A DNA stretch of 64,000 nt, taken from assembly GCA_963817525.1 (NCBI GenBank), contig CAWFOU010000007.1, positions 128,001 through 192,000 on the forward strand. Direction: 5' to 3'. The notes beneath the pieces are model-generated. The model did no database searches. It worked only from the letters and a program-made list of their open reading frames with translations, and was not told the DNA's origin. Origin of the DNA: an uncultured archaeon. GTDB taxonomy: Archaea > Thermoproteota > Nitrososphaeria > Nitrososphaerales > Gagatemarchaeaceae. A program made the translations under genes and the position numbers. Positions 49,657 through 57,857 of this stretch are shown one piece after another. Position 1 is the first letter of the stretch. Every line of letters starts with the position of its first letter.

Positions 49657-50826
49657 TCACGAGTCGCCCTTCCTGCCGAGGAGGAGGGGTACTACGAGGG
49701 AGACCGAGAGGATCCCGAGGATGATCAGCGAGTAGGCGAGCCCGTCTATCAGGCCGCTGCCCAGGGCGACCGAGGCGATCACTATCCCGACCGCGCCCCT
49801 CCCTCCGAGGGTGACCGCGATCTGCTTGGCAGCGTCCCGCTCGCCCACTTTGAGGATGTTCTTCACCGCGAAGTAGCTGAGGCCGATGCACAGCACGAGC
49901 GCCACGGCGACCACTACCGCCAGCCTCGGGATGTACTCGAACTGTGACGCGGAAAGATCAGCCTCGAGACCGGCGAGCCCGAAGAAAAGCGGGATGAAGA
50001 GCGCCCTGTTCATCCTGGCGAAGGTCGTCGATATCTCGTGGAAGGCCTTCCTACCGATGAGGCCGTCGTGCACTATGAGGCCCGCGAAGAACGCACCGAT
50101 GATGTAGCTCAGCCCGATCGCCTGAAAGAGGCCCGCCACGAAGAGGCCCACCAGGATGAGGATTGCGTAGGACATATCCTCGCGCCTCACGAGCTTCCCC
50201 GCCCTCTCGACCAACCGCCGAAAAGCGGTGGGCCTGAAGTTGAGCACCCAGTCAACGACTACCAACGCCACGATCAGGATGCCCGTGTAGGCCACGACCG
50301 AGACTGTGCTCCGGACCGGCTGTGATATCGCCACCAGCAGGACGAACGCCACGACGTCGGCCACCGTCACGGTCGAGAGGATCACCCGCCCGGTCTCCTT
50401 CTCCAGCAGGTTGTACTGCATCACCAGGACCGAGATTATCGATATCGAGGGCACGGCGACCGCCATGGCCACCACGAGGTCTGAGACCGCCCCGAAGGGG
50501 AAGAGAAGAAGGCAGAGCGCGAAGCCCGCGAACATCGGGACGATGAAGGCGGTGTCAGCGAGGAGTATCCCGTGGAGGATGTGCTTCCTCACCATCTCCG
50601 TGTTCATCTCGAACCCGATCAGGAATATGATGAAGAAGAGCGCCAGCGAGGAGATCGCCTGCACCTGGACGTTCGTAGTCACTACGTTCAAGATGGTCGG
50701 GCCCAGGATCAGGCCGCTCAGGAGCTCGCCCGCTACGGAGGGGAGCCTGAACTGCTCGAAGACCTCACCCGTGAGGATGGCCGCCGCGAGGACAATCAGC
50801 ACCTGGATGATTATCTCGTAGGTCAA
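49657..50826 (-). CDS. Cation:proton antiporter (CPA2 family)
   Basis: LPSVAGELLSGLILGP, TVADV, IIGAFFAGL, GGRGAVG. Confidence 0.9.
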   Translation of the reverse strand: MTYEIIIQVLIVLAAAILTGEVFEQFRLPSVAGELLSGLILGPTILNVVTTNVQVQAISSLALFFIIFLIGFEMNTEMVRKHILHGILLADTAFIVPMFAGFALCLLLFPFGAVSDLVVAMAVAVPSISIISVLVMQYNLLEKETGRVILSTVTVADVVAFVLLVAISQPVRSTVSVVAYTGILIVALVVVDWVLNFRPTAFRRLVERAGKLVRREDMSYAILILVGLFVAGLFQAIGLSYIIGAFFAGLIVHDGLIGRKAFHEISTTFARMNRALFIPLFFGLAGLEADLSASQFEYIPRLAVVVAVALVLCIGLSYFAVKNILKVGERDAAKQIAVTLGGRGAVGIVIASVALGSGLIDGLAYSLIILGILSVSLVVPLLLGRKGDS

Positions 50827-51231
50827 GTCCCATCGTCTCTCCTCTTCGCGCCGCTCGACACTGTCCCCAGGCCGGGCACTTAAGCGAGACAATGAAGTGG
50901 GGACTTCAGACCGGCTCCAGGATCAGTTCTGGACCCTTCTGGGTCTTGAGGACGATCGAAGCTGACGGTTCTCCTCTAGTGGAGGTGCACCATCTCTTCG
51001 AGATTGGAGAGGGCCGCGACCACCCGTCCATCTCGGGCTGCTCGACCAAGACGTCAACGAAGACGAGGGACCGTGCTACCGGTCCAGCCCCGGAAGGCCG
51101 CCGGCCATGTAGCTTGCACGAGGCCGAACCTCCGGAAAGTTGCGCGCATCTGGCAACGATTCTCTACCGATTTGGGAAGGATAATGGAAATCCAGTAAAT
51201 ACTCGGTGGCCCTTGCTGGTCTTGACGAAAC

Positions 51232-51903
51232 ATGACGACGAAAACAAAGACGGCTACGGTCGCAGCCGTGGCGGTGACGCTGGTGGCAGTAATGCTGGCC
51301 TATTCGGCCATGGTACTGCCGGCGTCGGCGCAGACGGCCGCGACATCTTCGACATCCGCATCCGCGTCTAGCAGCAACACACCAGTCGCCCAAGGCCAGT
51401 GGGGCGGCGCAGGAGGCCCAGGCGGGCAGTCCGGACAATTCCAGGGAGGATTCCCAGGAGGGTTCCAGGGCGCTCAAGGGCGAGGAGGCCCGGGTCGCGC
51501 TCCGCAGCAACAGCAGGCAAACCTGACCGTTGGGCAAACAATCACGGTCACCAGCACGCAGGGCAGGTACTTTGTCGTTGGCGACGCCAATGATACAGGG
51601 ACCGCGTCCGGCGCAGTCACCTTCACAGTGACGGGCAAGCTGGCGGCAGGGTACACGCTCTCGATCACTTCGGGCAGCGTCGTGGTCAACGGCACGACTT
51701 ACACCATCTCATCCGGGTCAGCACAGACGGACCCGACAGCCACCACTCTGACCGGGCAGGGAGCTACGACCCCGGCGGGGCAGTTCATCATCCAGGCGGA
51801 GGCCCACGGCAGCTTCGCGGGCTCAAGCGCGACGCTGTCTCTCGACCTCGGCGCGGGATCAACCGAGTACCTAGTCACCCTCGCAGGCTCTGTGGAGGGA
51901 TAG
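51232..51903 (+). CDS. Secreted protein with Gly/Gln-rich insert (paralog of 44642-45211)
   Basis: Signal peptide; GQFQGGFPGGFQG repeats; LTVGQTITVTSTQG...TEYLVTLAGSVEG. Confidence 0.8.
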   Translation: MTTKTKTATVAAVAVTLVAVMLAYSAMVLPASAQTAATSSTSASASSSNTPVAQGQWGGAGGPGGQSGQFQGGFPGGFQGAQGRGGPGRAPQQQQANLTVGQTITVTSTQGRYFVVGDANDTGTASGAVTFTVTGKLAAGYTLSITSGSVVVNGTTYTISSGSAQTDPTATTLTGQGATTPAGQFIIQAEAHGSFAGSSATLSLDLGAGSTEYLVTLAGSVEG

Positions 51904-51980
51904 ACTACGGCCACTCGGCCCCTTTTTTTCTCACAAAGCGCGGGCAATGGCCCTAGCGGCGGCAGGAGGGCGGACGTGTG

Positions 51981-52133
51981 ATGTCGCAGGTCCACGTCTG
52001 CTCGTACTGCTACCTGATACAGCGGGCCGACAGAGAGGAGCACCAAGGGCTCTCTCCCGAGGACGTTCGGAGGTACCTGGCTCATCTCCGGGCGAAGCAC
52101 GGAGTGACTCCGGGCCCGGAGATAACGGCGTGA
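51981..52133 (+). CDS. 50-aa C2H2-type zinc-binding micro-protein
   Basis: MSQVHVCSYCYLIQ...YLAHLRAKHG (manual translation); GGAGG upstream. Confidence 0.6.
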   Translation: MSQVHVCSYCYLIQRADREEHQGLSPEDVRRYLAHLRAKHGVTPGPEITA

Positions 52134-52144
52134 GCGTGGTCAGG

Positions 52145-52285
52145 ATGCAGAGAGCCAAGCAAGAGTACCGCTGCGTGATCGACGGCCTCTGGTACGACAG
52201 CATCGAGGCGGTCGCGGCTCACCTCAGGATGCAGCACGGCGTCAGGAACTATAGGATCTACATCGACCTTCGGAAGCCCTGGTGA
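52145..52285 (+). CDS. 46-aa C2H2-like micro-protein
   Basis: YRCVIDGLWYDSIEAVAAHLRMQHG. Confidence 0.55.
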   Translation: MQRAKQEYRCVIDGLWYDSIEAVAAHLRMQHGVRNYRIYIDLRKPW

Positions 52286-52292
52286 GGCTCGG

Positions 52293-53357
52293 CTACCGGG
52301 CGACCTGGGTCTGCATCATCTCGTTCAGGGCGGCCGCGAATATCGGGGCGACCGGGACGATGTGCTTCGTTATGGGCTCCCTGTTCTTGACGGTGTCGGT
52401 GGTGACTATCCTCGACACGCCAGCCCTCGTGAGCCTCTCGAGGGTCGACATTGACGTCGTCTCCCCGGGCGCCTTGCGCTTGTGGTTTATCGCGTGGGTG
52501 CACGCAAGGGTGATGTCGTTGGCCCCCTTCGACCTGAGCCAAGTGGAGACCTTCGCGATGGTCGTGCCCGTCCCTACCATGTCGTCGAAGATCATCAGCT
52601 GCCTGCCCCCTAGGTTGGGGACGCTCCTTCCCGACGCCAGGGAGACGGAGACGTCGTCCCTCTTCCTCACCTTGTCGAAGAGTATCACCTCGTCGTCCGA
52701 GGTCCTGAAGAACCTCTCCACGGGCTCTGCCGCGGGCCTGTGGCCCTTGTCGGGTATCACGATTATTGGGTGCAATATCCCCAGCTTCTCCTTCGCATAG
52801 GCGGCCAGGGCGTCCGTGGCGGTAAGGTTGTAGACCTGCAGGTCAGAGCCGTCTATGGTGATAGGGCCGATCTGCGTGGACTCAAAGTCCACGCGGCCTA
52901 CGCTCCTCCAAAAGTGCACGTCGATGGTGAATATCCGATTGACCTTCATCGCCTTGATCGCCCTGAGGATTGCCCTGATGCTGAGCGCCTCCCCGGGGTG
53001 GAACACTTTGTCCTGACGGGCATGTACCAGATACGGGATGACCAGGTCTATCCACCCCACACGCTGCTCCTTGAGGGCGTCCAGGGTCAGGAGCGTCTCG
53101 ATGAAGTGGTGGTTCTCCACCGGGACGGTCGTCTGGACGTAGATCGCGTGCGACCCGGCCAGGCTCCGCCTGACCTGGTCGAGTGGCAAGCGGACGTAGG
53201 TCTCGCTGTCCGCGAAGTCCTCCGCGAAGACGTCGATGGCCTCACCCAGCCCGAGCGATTTCGCGATACCGCGCGCGATATGGCGCGAGCTTCCTGCCCT
53301 CCCTGCGAAGACGACCGTATTGTCCGGGTTCAAGAGGCTCCGCGTCGAGGTTACCAT
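52293..53357 (-). CDS. prs: Ribose-phosphate pyrophosphokinase-like protein
   Basis: FADSETYVR, IPYLVHARQDK, TIDVH, IFDDMVGTGTT, CTHA, TTDTV. Confidence 0.8.
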   Translation of the reverse strand: MVTSTRSLLNPDNTVVFAGRAGSSRHIARGIAKSLGLGEAIDVFAEDFADSETYVRLPLDQVRRSLAGSHAIYVQTTVPVENHHFIETLLTLDALKEQRVGWIDLVIPYLVHARQDKVFHPGEALSIRAILRAIKAMKVNRIFTIDVHFWRSVGRVDFESTQIGPITIDGSDLQVYNLTATDALAAYAKEKLGILHPIIVIPDKGHRPAAEPVERFFRTSDDEVILFDKVRKRDDVSVSLASGRSVPNLGGRQLMIFDDMVGTGTTIAKVSTWLRSKGANDITLACTHAINHKRKAPGETTSMSTLERLTRAGVSRIVTTDTVKNREPITKHIVPVAPIFAAALNEMMQTQVAR

Positions 53358-53454
53358 TCGCGGGTTCTAAAGGTCGAGACTTCGAAGGCCTTTTTAGTCG
53401 TTATGGATTGGAGAGACACACGGTCGGTGGAAGAGGCGCATAAAGGGGACGTCC

Positions 53455-53829
53455 CTACCCCTCCGGACCTTTGACGTCGATAACCACGGGCCCGCGGCCC
53501 ACCAGGATGTTCGTGATGAGCACCTTCCGCTCCTTGCTCAGGTTCACGTCCCTGTGGATGAGGCCGGCGGGGATGCTGAAGTAGTCCCCCGGGTTCAGCT
53601 CGACCGCTGCCTTCCCCTTCGGCCCGAACTCTAGCTTCATGTGCCCGGAGATCAAGAACCCGTAGAGGTGCCTCTGGCCGTGGTGGTGCCACGCAGACAC
53701 GACGCCGCCACCGACGGTCGACCTGGCGACCAGGATGCCGTCGCCCTCGAAGGCCTTCTCCCGGAGTATGCCTGGCGAAGACCGCCCCTCCGCCAGGCTC
53801 TTCTTGCGGACCACCTCTATCCTTGGCAT
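53455..53829 (-). CDS. Cupin-domain protein
   Basis: SAWHHHG...PGDYFSIPAGLIHRDVN. Confidence 0.85.
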   Translation of the reverse strand: MPRIEVVRKKSLAEGRSSPGILREKAFEGDGILVARSTVGGGVVSAWHHHGQRHLYGFLISGHMKLEFGPKGKAAVELNPGDYFSIPAGLIHRDVNLSKERKVLITNILVGRGPVVIDVKGPEG

Positions 53830-53918
53830 GAGCGAGGAGGCGAGACGAATCTAGTTATGCGTATCCTCGAATCCGCGAGGCTACTTTTAATATCGACCGG
53901 GAAGTGGGGGTTTCGGCT

Positions 53919-54055
53919 GCCCTGGTCGTATAGAGGCCAATGCCGTACATTGGCCCAGTATGCCGCCCTGTCAATAGGGGGTCCTCCCTCCTAGCAGACC
54001 GGCGGTGACGCGGGTTCGAAATCGAGTTCGCTCGACGAATATCCCGCCCAGGGCG
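53919..54055 (+). tRNA. tRNA-Asp(GTC) with three introns (53941-53957 at 21/22; 53974-53999 at 37/38; 54021-54041 at 59/60)
   Basis: Spliced: GCCCTGG TC GTAT AGAGGCCAA GTAT G CCGCC CT GTC AC GGCGG TGAC GCGGG TTCGAAT CCCGC CCAGGGC G; BHB motifs at the junctions; TTTTAATA TATA box at 53885. Confidence 0.92.
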
Positions 54056-54772
54056 CCTACAATTCGACCTCGACTCCCGTCCGTTAGAGGCGGCGGCGAC
54101 CGGCCAATGTGAAAGATACGCGGCGAGTGGAGGAAGGAGAACAAGGCCAAGGTCGAGGATGCTTCGGATACTCCTGTCCCTCTTCATTCGCGTTATTCCA
54201 GGTTGGTTCGGAAGAGGCGCAGGAGTGACCTTGATCTAGGTCGGAGGCAACCCAGAGACCCAATCGGCCCTATTCCGCCTAGGCTTTGTCTGGTTCTTGA
54301 CGGCCGCCTTTCCGAGCGATCGTTCTTTCTTCAGTTGTTCTCCTCTGTTTGCTTCGGCATCCTCCTGTTCTCTTACGAGTTTGCGGTGTTTTTTCGCCGC
54401 GCTCAAATCAATCCTTCCCTCTGTCACCTTGCCGGGTATTTGTCGGTTTTCTCTTGCTTGGGGGATGCTTGCAGCCTCCCTGTCGATTTCGTCTTCGTCT
54501 ACCGGGCAGGGCCCCGGTTGTACCACCACATGGACTTCGACATTTTAGGCGATACGTAGGATTCGACTTCTATACCCGGACTAGAGTTTCTTCTTCGAAA
54601 GAAGGGCGTCCGCTCGGATCATGGTGAACGCATTGGCCAGCGCCTCGGGCGGACTGGCGCCAACCTTGTCGGACGTCGTCGGGGGAAGGTCAGACCGCTC
54701 CTGGGCGAAGAAACCGGATTGGCGCTTAAATCATTAAATATAATCCATCATCATTAGTTGAAACCATCAGCC

Positions 54773-54985
54773 ATGAAGTATCGGGTGAATATCGAGAAAG
54801 ACGAGGACGGCGTGTTCATCGCTAAATGTCCGGCTCTCCCTGGCTGCATCTCGCAAGGCAAGACAAGAAAAGAAGCTCTCGCAAACATCAAGGACGCCAT
54901 GGAAGGATACCTCGCCAGTTTGAAGAGGCACAACGAGCCCGTGCCTCCTTCCATAGAGGAAGAAACGGTAGAGGTCAGTGCCTAA
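54773..54985 (+). CDS. hicB: HicB-family antitoxin
   Basis: IEKDEDGVFIAKCPALPGCISQGKTRKEALANIKDA. Confidence 0.92.
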   Translation: MKYRVNIEKDEDGVFIAKCPALPGCISQGKTRKEALANIKDAMEGYLASLKRHNEPVPPSIEEETVEVSA

Positions 54986-55202
54986 GCTTCCTGTCGTTTC
55001 TGGCAGAGAAGTCGTCAAAGCACTTTCCAGAATCGGCTACGAGGTCGACCATCAGACAGGCAGTCACATGATCCTCAGGCTGACCTCTCCACCCCATAGA
55101 AGACTGACAGTTCCGAATCACAAGGAGTTGGCGAAGGGAACGTTACGTGGGATCATTGATGAGGCGGGATTGACTGTGGAGGAATTTCAGCGACTACTTT
55201 GA
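54978..55202 (+). CDS. hicA: HicA-family toxin
   Basis: SGREVVKAL...QTGSHMIL...TVPNHKELAKGTLRGI. Confidence 0.92.
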   Translation: MPKLPVVSGREVVKALSRIGYEVDHQTGSHMILRLTSPPHRRLTVPNHKELAKGTLRGIIDEAGLTVEEFQRLL

Positions 55203-55329
55203 ACCACACGTGTGAAGAATTAGTGGTGGCAGGTAGCGGCTGACCTGAACTCCGGCATATAGAACTCGCTGGTTTCTCAGGCGCAGGTTCCTGCGCAAGG
55301 CGCCGCCATTTTTCATCCGGTCCCTCCCC

Positions 55330-55800
55330 TTACTCCAGGCTCAGGTAGAGGAACACGGTGTAGGCGCATATCTCCAAGACGTCCGAGAGTGTGGGGAGCG
55401 AGCCGCTCACGAAGAGGACATGCCCCTGGAGCCCCAGGACGAGGGGGTACGAGAAGACCGTCTGGAGGAAGAGCGCCCCGAGGACTATCACCAGACCCAG
55501 GGCGAAGTTTGCTCTCGTCTCGTTGTAGACCCTCAGGTAGACTACCACGAGCGCGATGAGCAGCGCGACCTCCACGGTTGTGAGGATTACGTGGAGGCGG
55601 ATGGTGGGGTCCGGGTTGAAATGGGGGACGCCGCGGAGAAACGGCGGCGTCGCTTGCGCGGACTGCGTGGAGAGGTCAGCCAAAAGGACCCCCGCCACCA
55701 GCCCGACCAGCAGCACCACAGGTACCCAGAGCTTTCCTGTCGACGACCTTTTCGGCGCGACGACCGGTTGATTGATTCCGTTATTGTTGTTTGTTTCCAA
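55330..55800 (-). CDS. Small 4-TM membrane protein
   Basis: Hydrophobic helices; VYLRVYNETRANFALGL motif; downstream of an ArsR gene. Confidence 0.7.
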   Translation of the reverse strand: METNNNNGINQPVVAPKRSSTGKLWVPVVLLVGLVAGVLLADLSTQSAQATPPFLRGVPHFNPDPTIRLHVILTTVEVALLIALVVVYLRVYNETRANFALGLVIVLGALFLQTVFSYPLVLGLQGHVLFVSGSLPTLSDVLEICAYTVFLYLSLE

Positions 55801-55806
55801 TTTTTG

Positions 55807-56106
55807 TCAGCCCTTCGCCTTCACTTTCGTCCGCTTCAGGATCCCTTCGAGCGTCGTCCAGTGAGACTCCATGTTCTCGGAGACGAAGTAGACCCTTCCG
55901 TATTTGTCGCCCTCTGCGAGCACTATCTTGTTCGTCTCGAGGACCCTCAGGTGGTGCCTCACCGTCGTGTAGTCAAGGTGCAGCGACTGCGAGAGTTGCT
56001 GCGCGTTCTTCGGCTGCTCCTTCAGGCTGAAGAGAACGAGCGCCCTCGTCTTCGCGCCCGCGCTCCCAGCGAAGAGCCACCAAAGTAGCCGTTCGAAGGA
56101 GTCCAA
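55807..56106 (-). CDS. ArsR-family winged-helix regulator
   Basis: LLWWLFAGSAGAKTRA...NAQQLSQSLHLDYTTVRHHLRVL...GDKYG. Confidence 0.85.
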   Translation of the reverse strand: MDSFERLLWWLFAGSAGAKTRALVLFSLKEQPKNAQQLSQSLHLDYTTVRHHLRVLETNKIVLAEGDKYGRVYFVSENMESHWTTLEGILKRTKVKAKG

Positions 56107-56176
56107 CGTGACTACGAAGGCATCCCTCGTCGCTATCGATATTATTGCTTCCTCGGCGGGATGAAAGTGTTCCCAG

Positions 56177-56938
56177 CTAGCGCTTCCCAATCATTTCGAC
56201 CACTACGGGGGGCATAGTCCTCGCCGCGGGGAGAGGCCCCCCTGTGGCGACCGGCTCGACATGCGCCCTCGCGACGAGGCTCCCGAGCCTGCCCGCCCAC
56301 CTCTTCCACGTTCTGGGGTAGTATGACCTAACGAAGCGCAGGACATCGTCGCGGTCCGCCGCCACCTCGTAGACCACCCCGTCGCTGTTCCTGCTCTTGC
56401 TCACCACGCCGAGGCGCGTGAGCCGGTCCATGTGCCAGGAGACCGTCGGCTGCGAGTGTCCGAGGCCCTTCGCGAGGCCGCCCTGGGTCATCGTCCCTTG
56501 GAGGAGCAGGAGGAGGATCTCTCGCGGAGTCTCCTGCGAGAGGACCCCCAGGAGGACCTCCTGGTCCTCCCTGAAGACCAACGTCGGGAAGACGAAGCGG
56601 TAGAACCCGTTCTTCATAGTCTTGACGAAGCCGTTCCTCTCCAGCCAGAAGAGGTGGTAATGCAGGTCGCCGGTGGCGAGGCCGAGGTCCCTGGCCATCC
56701 CGCGGACATGCGCACCCGGGTGCTCGCGGACGTACTCGTAGATGACGCCGCGCCGAGTGAGGCCGGACTCCGCCCCTGCCGGTTTGCTCACCAGCTGCCT
56801 CCCGCGGGCTGGGCCCGCCAATGCCGTCCTCCTGCCCCTGGCCTCGGTGAGGCCCGAGTGGCCGTCGAGGAACCTGCCGAGAGGCTCGAACGGCGAGGCG
56901 GCGAGCCTCCGGGTCCCGTCGCTCAGAACCCCGTTCAT
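56177..56938 (-). CDS. Double winged-helix regulator (HVO_0163-like)
   Basis: IYEYVREHPGAHVRGMARDLGLATGDLHYHL...SQPTVSWHMDRL. Confidence 0.85.
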   Translation of the reverse strand: MNGVLSDGTRRLAASPFEPLGRFLDGHSGLTEARGRRTALAGPARGRQLVSKPAGAESGLTRRGVIYEYVREHPGAHVRGMARDLGLATGDLHYHLFWLERNGFVKTMKNGFYRFVFPTLVFREDQEVLLGVLSQETPREILLLLLQGTMTQGGLAKGLGHSQPTVSWHMDRLTRLGVVSKSRNSDGVVYEVAADRDDVLRFVRSYYPRTWKRWAGRLGSLVARAHVEPVATGGPLPAARTMPPVVVEMIGKR

Positions 56939-57144
56939 TCCGTCAGCTCGTCTCCTTTGGGCCGGGGCTGGTTCACCTTGTCATCGGGAAGCCGCACCCC
57001 GTGCGCGATCTGGAGATGGTGGAGGTACATCTCTCGGTCGTACGAGGAGCGATACTGGCCTCTCCCCATGCTCTGGAAGAGCAGGCAGATGGTGCACTTT
57101 TGCTGCGTCTGCTGGCGGTCCGACCGACGGAGGTGGTGCGCCAT
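56935..57144 (-). CDS. Small C2H2-type zinc-binding protein
   Basis: CTICLLF...YLHHLQIAHG; 4-bp overlap with the downstream regulator. Confidence 0.6.
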   Translation of the reverse strand: MAHHLRRSDRQQTQQKCTICLLFQSMGRGQYRSSYDREMYLHHLQIAHGVRLPDDKVNQPRPKGDELTE

Positions 57145-57531
57145 GCTGGTCTCACCGCGAGGGTCGTGCCCAGCTCCGGGCGGGCTGGACGAGGCCTCTC
57201 TCCATCATGAGCCCGGTAAGGTACGAGTCGACGATGCCGACCCCCGCCGCCGTGAGCGGTAGAAGGCTTGAGACGAAGTCCAGGCCTTCGAGCGTTACCT
57301 GCGCGCGCCGGGCACACGAGTGGGCCGACGCGAGAATCTTGGCCGACGGGGTCAGCGGCCCCGTCGACTCCCTTCCAGCTTCGACGTTTGCGCGTGACAT
57401 TCTGGGTCCTTGCATCCAAGGAGCCCCGCTCACTATATAGTGGATTTCCGAGATTATTCCCAAATCTTTAGAGAATCGGCGCAAGAAAAGGGCTCGATTC
57501 GCGAGGCGACAAAGCCTTTTTTTGGAAGCAG

Positions 57532-57834
57532 GTGAGTCCCCTCCTTGTGAGCAAGGAAGAGTTCCAGATGTGGTTCAAGACGGGGTCGAGGTTCCCCCTC
57601 GCCATCAAGGGTCACACCTTCGCCCTCTCCCGCGACGGCATGGTCAAGGTCGACGGCGGCAAGTTCGTCTACGAAGAGGCGCTGCAGCTGGTTGCGATGT
57701 TGAACTCGCGCAGCCCGTTCACCCAGATGAACGCGACGCTGGTGATCTGGGAGAGGAACGGCGCGCTGAGGTTCATAGTCATCGCCTTGCTGGTCATCCT
57801 AGTGGCCGCCGTGTTCGTGATAGCGAACAGGTGA
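57532..57834 (+). CDS. Hypothetical protein with C-terminal TM
   Basis: Host-like codon usage; C-terminal hydrophobic anchor. Confidence 0.6.
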   Translation: MSPLLVSKEEFQMWFKTGSRFPLAIKGHTFALSRDGMVKVDGGKFVYEEALQLVAMLNSRSPFTQMNATLVIWERNGALRFIVIALLVILVAAVFVIANR

Positions 57835-57857
57835 GCCCGGAGGCCCGTGTGGGCTTT

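Noticed and set aside
55285-55310. att duplicate of the tRNA-Asp 3' end after hicA
   Set aside because: Only a short imperfect match (CGCAAGGCGCC vs CCCAGGGCGCC), not distinguishable from chance.
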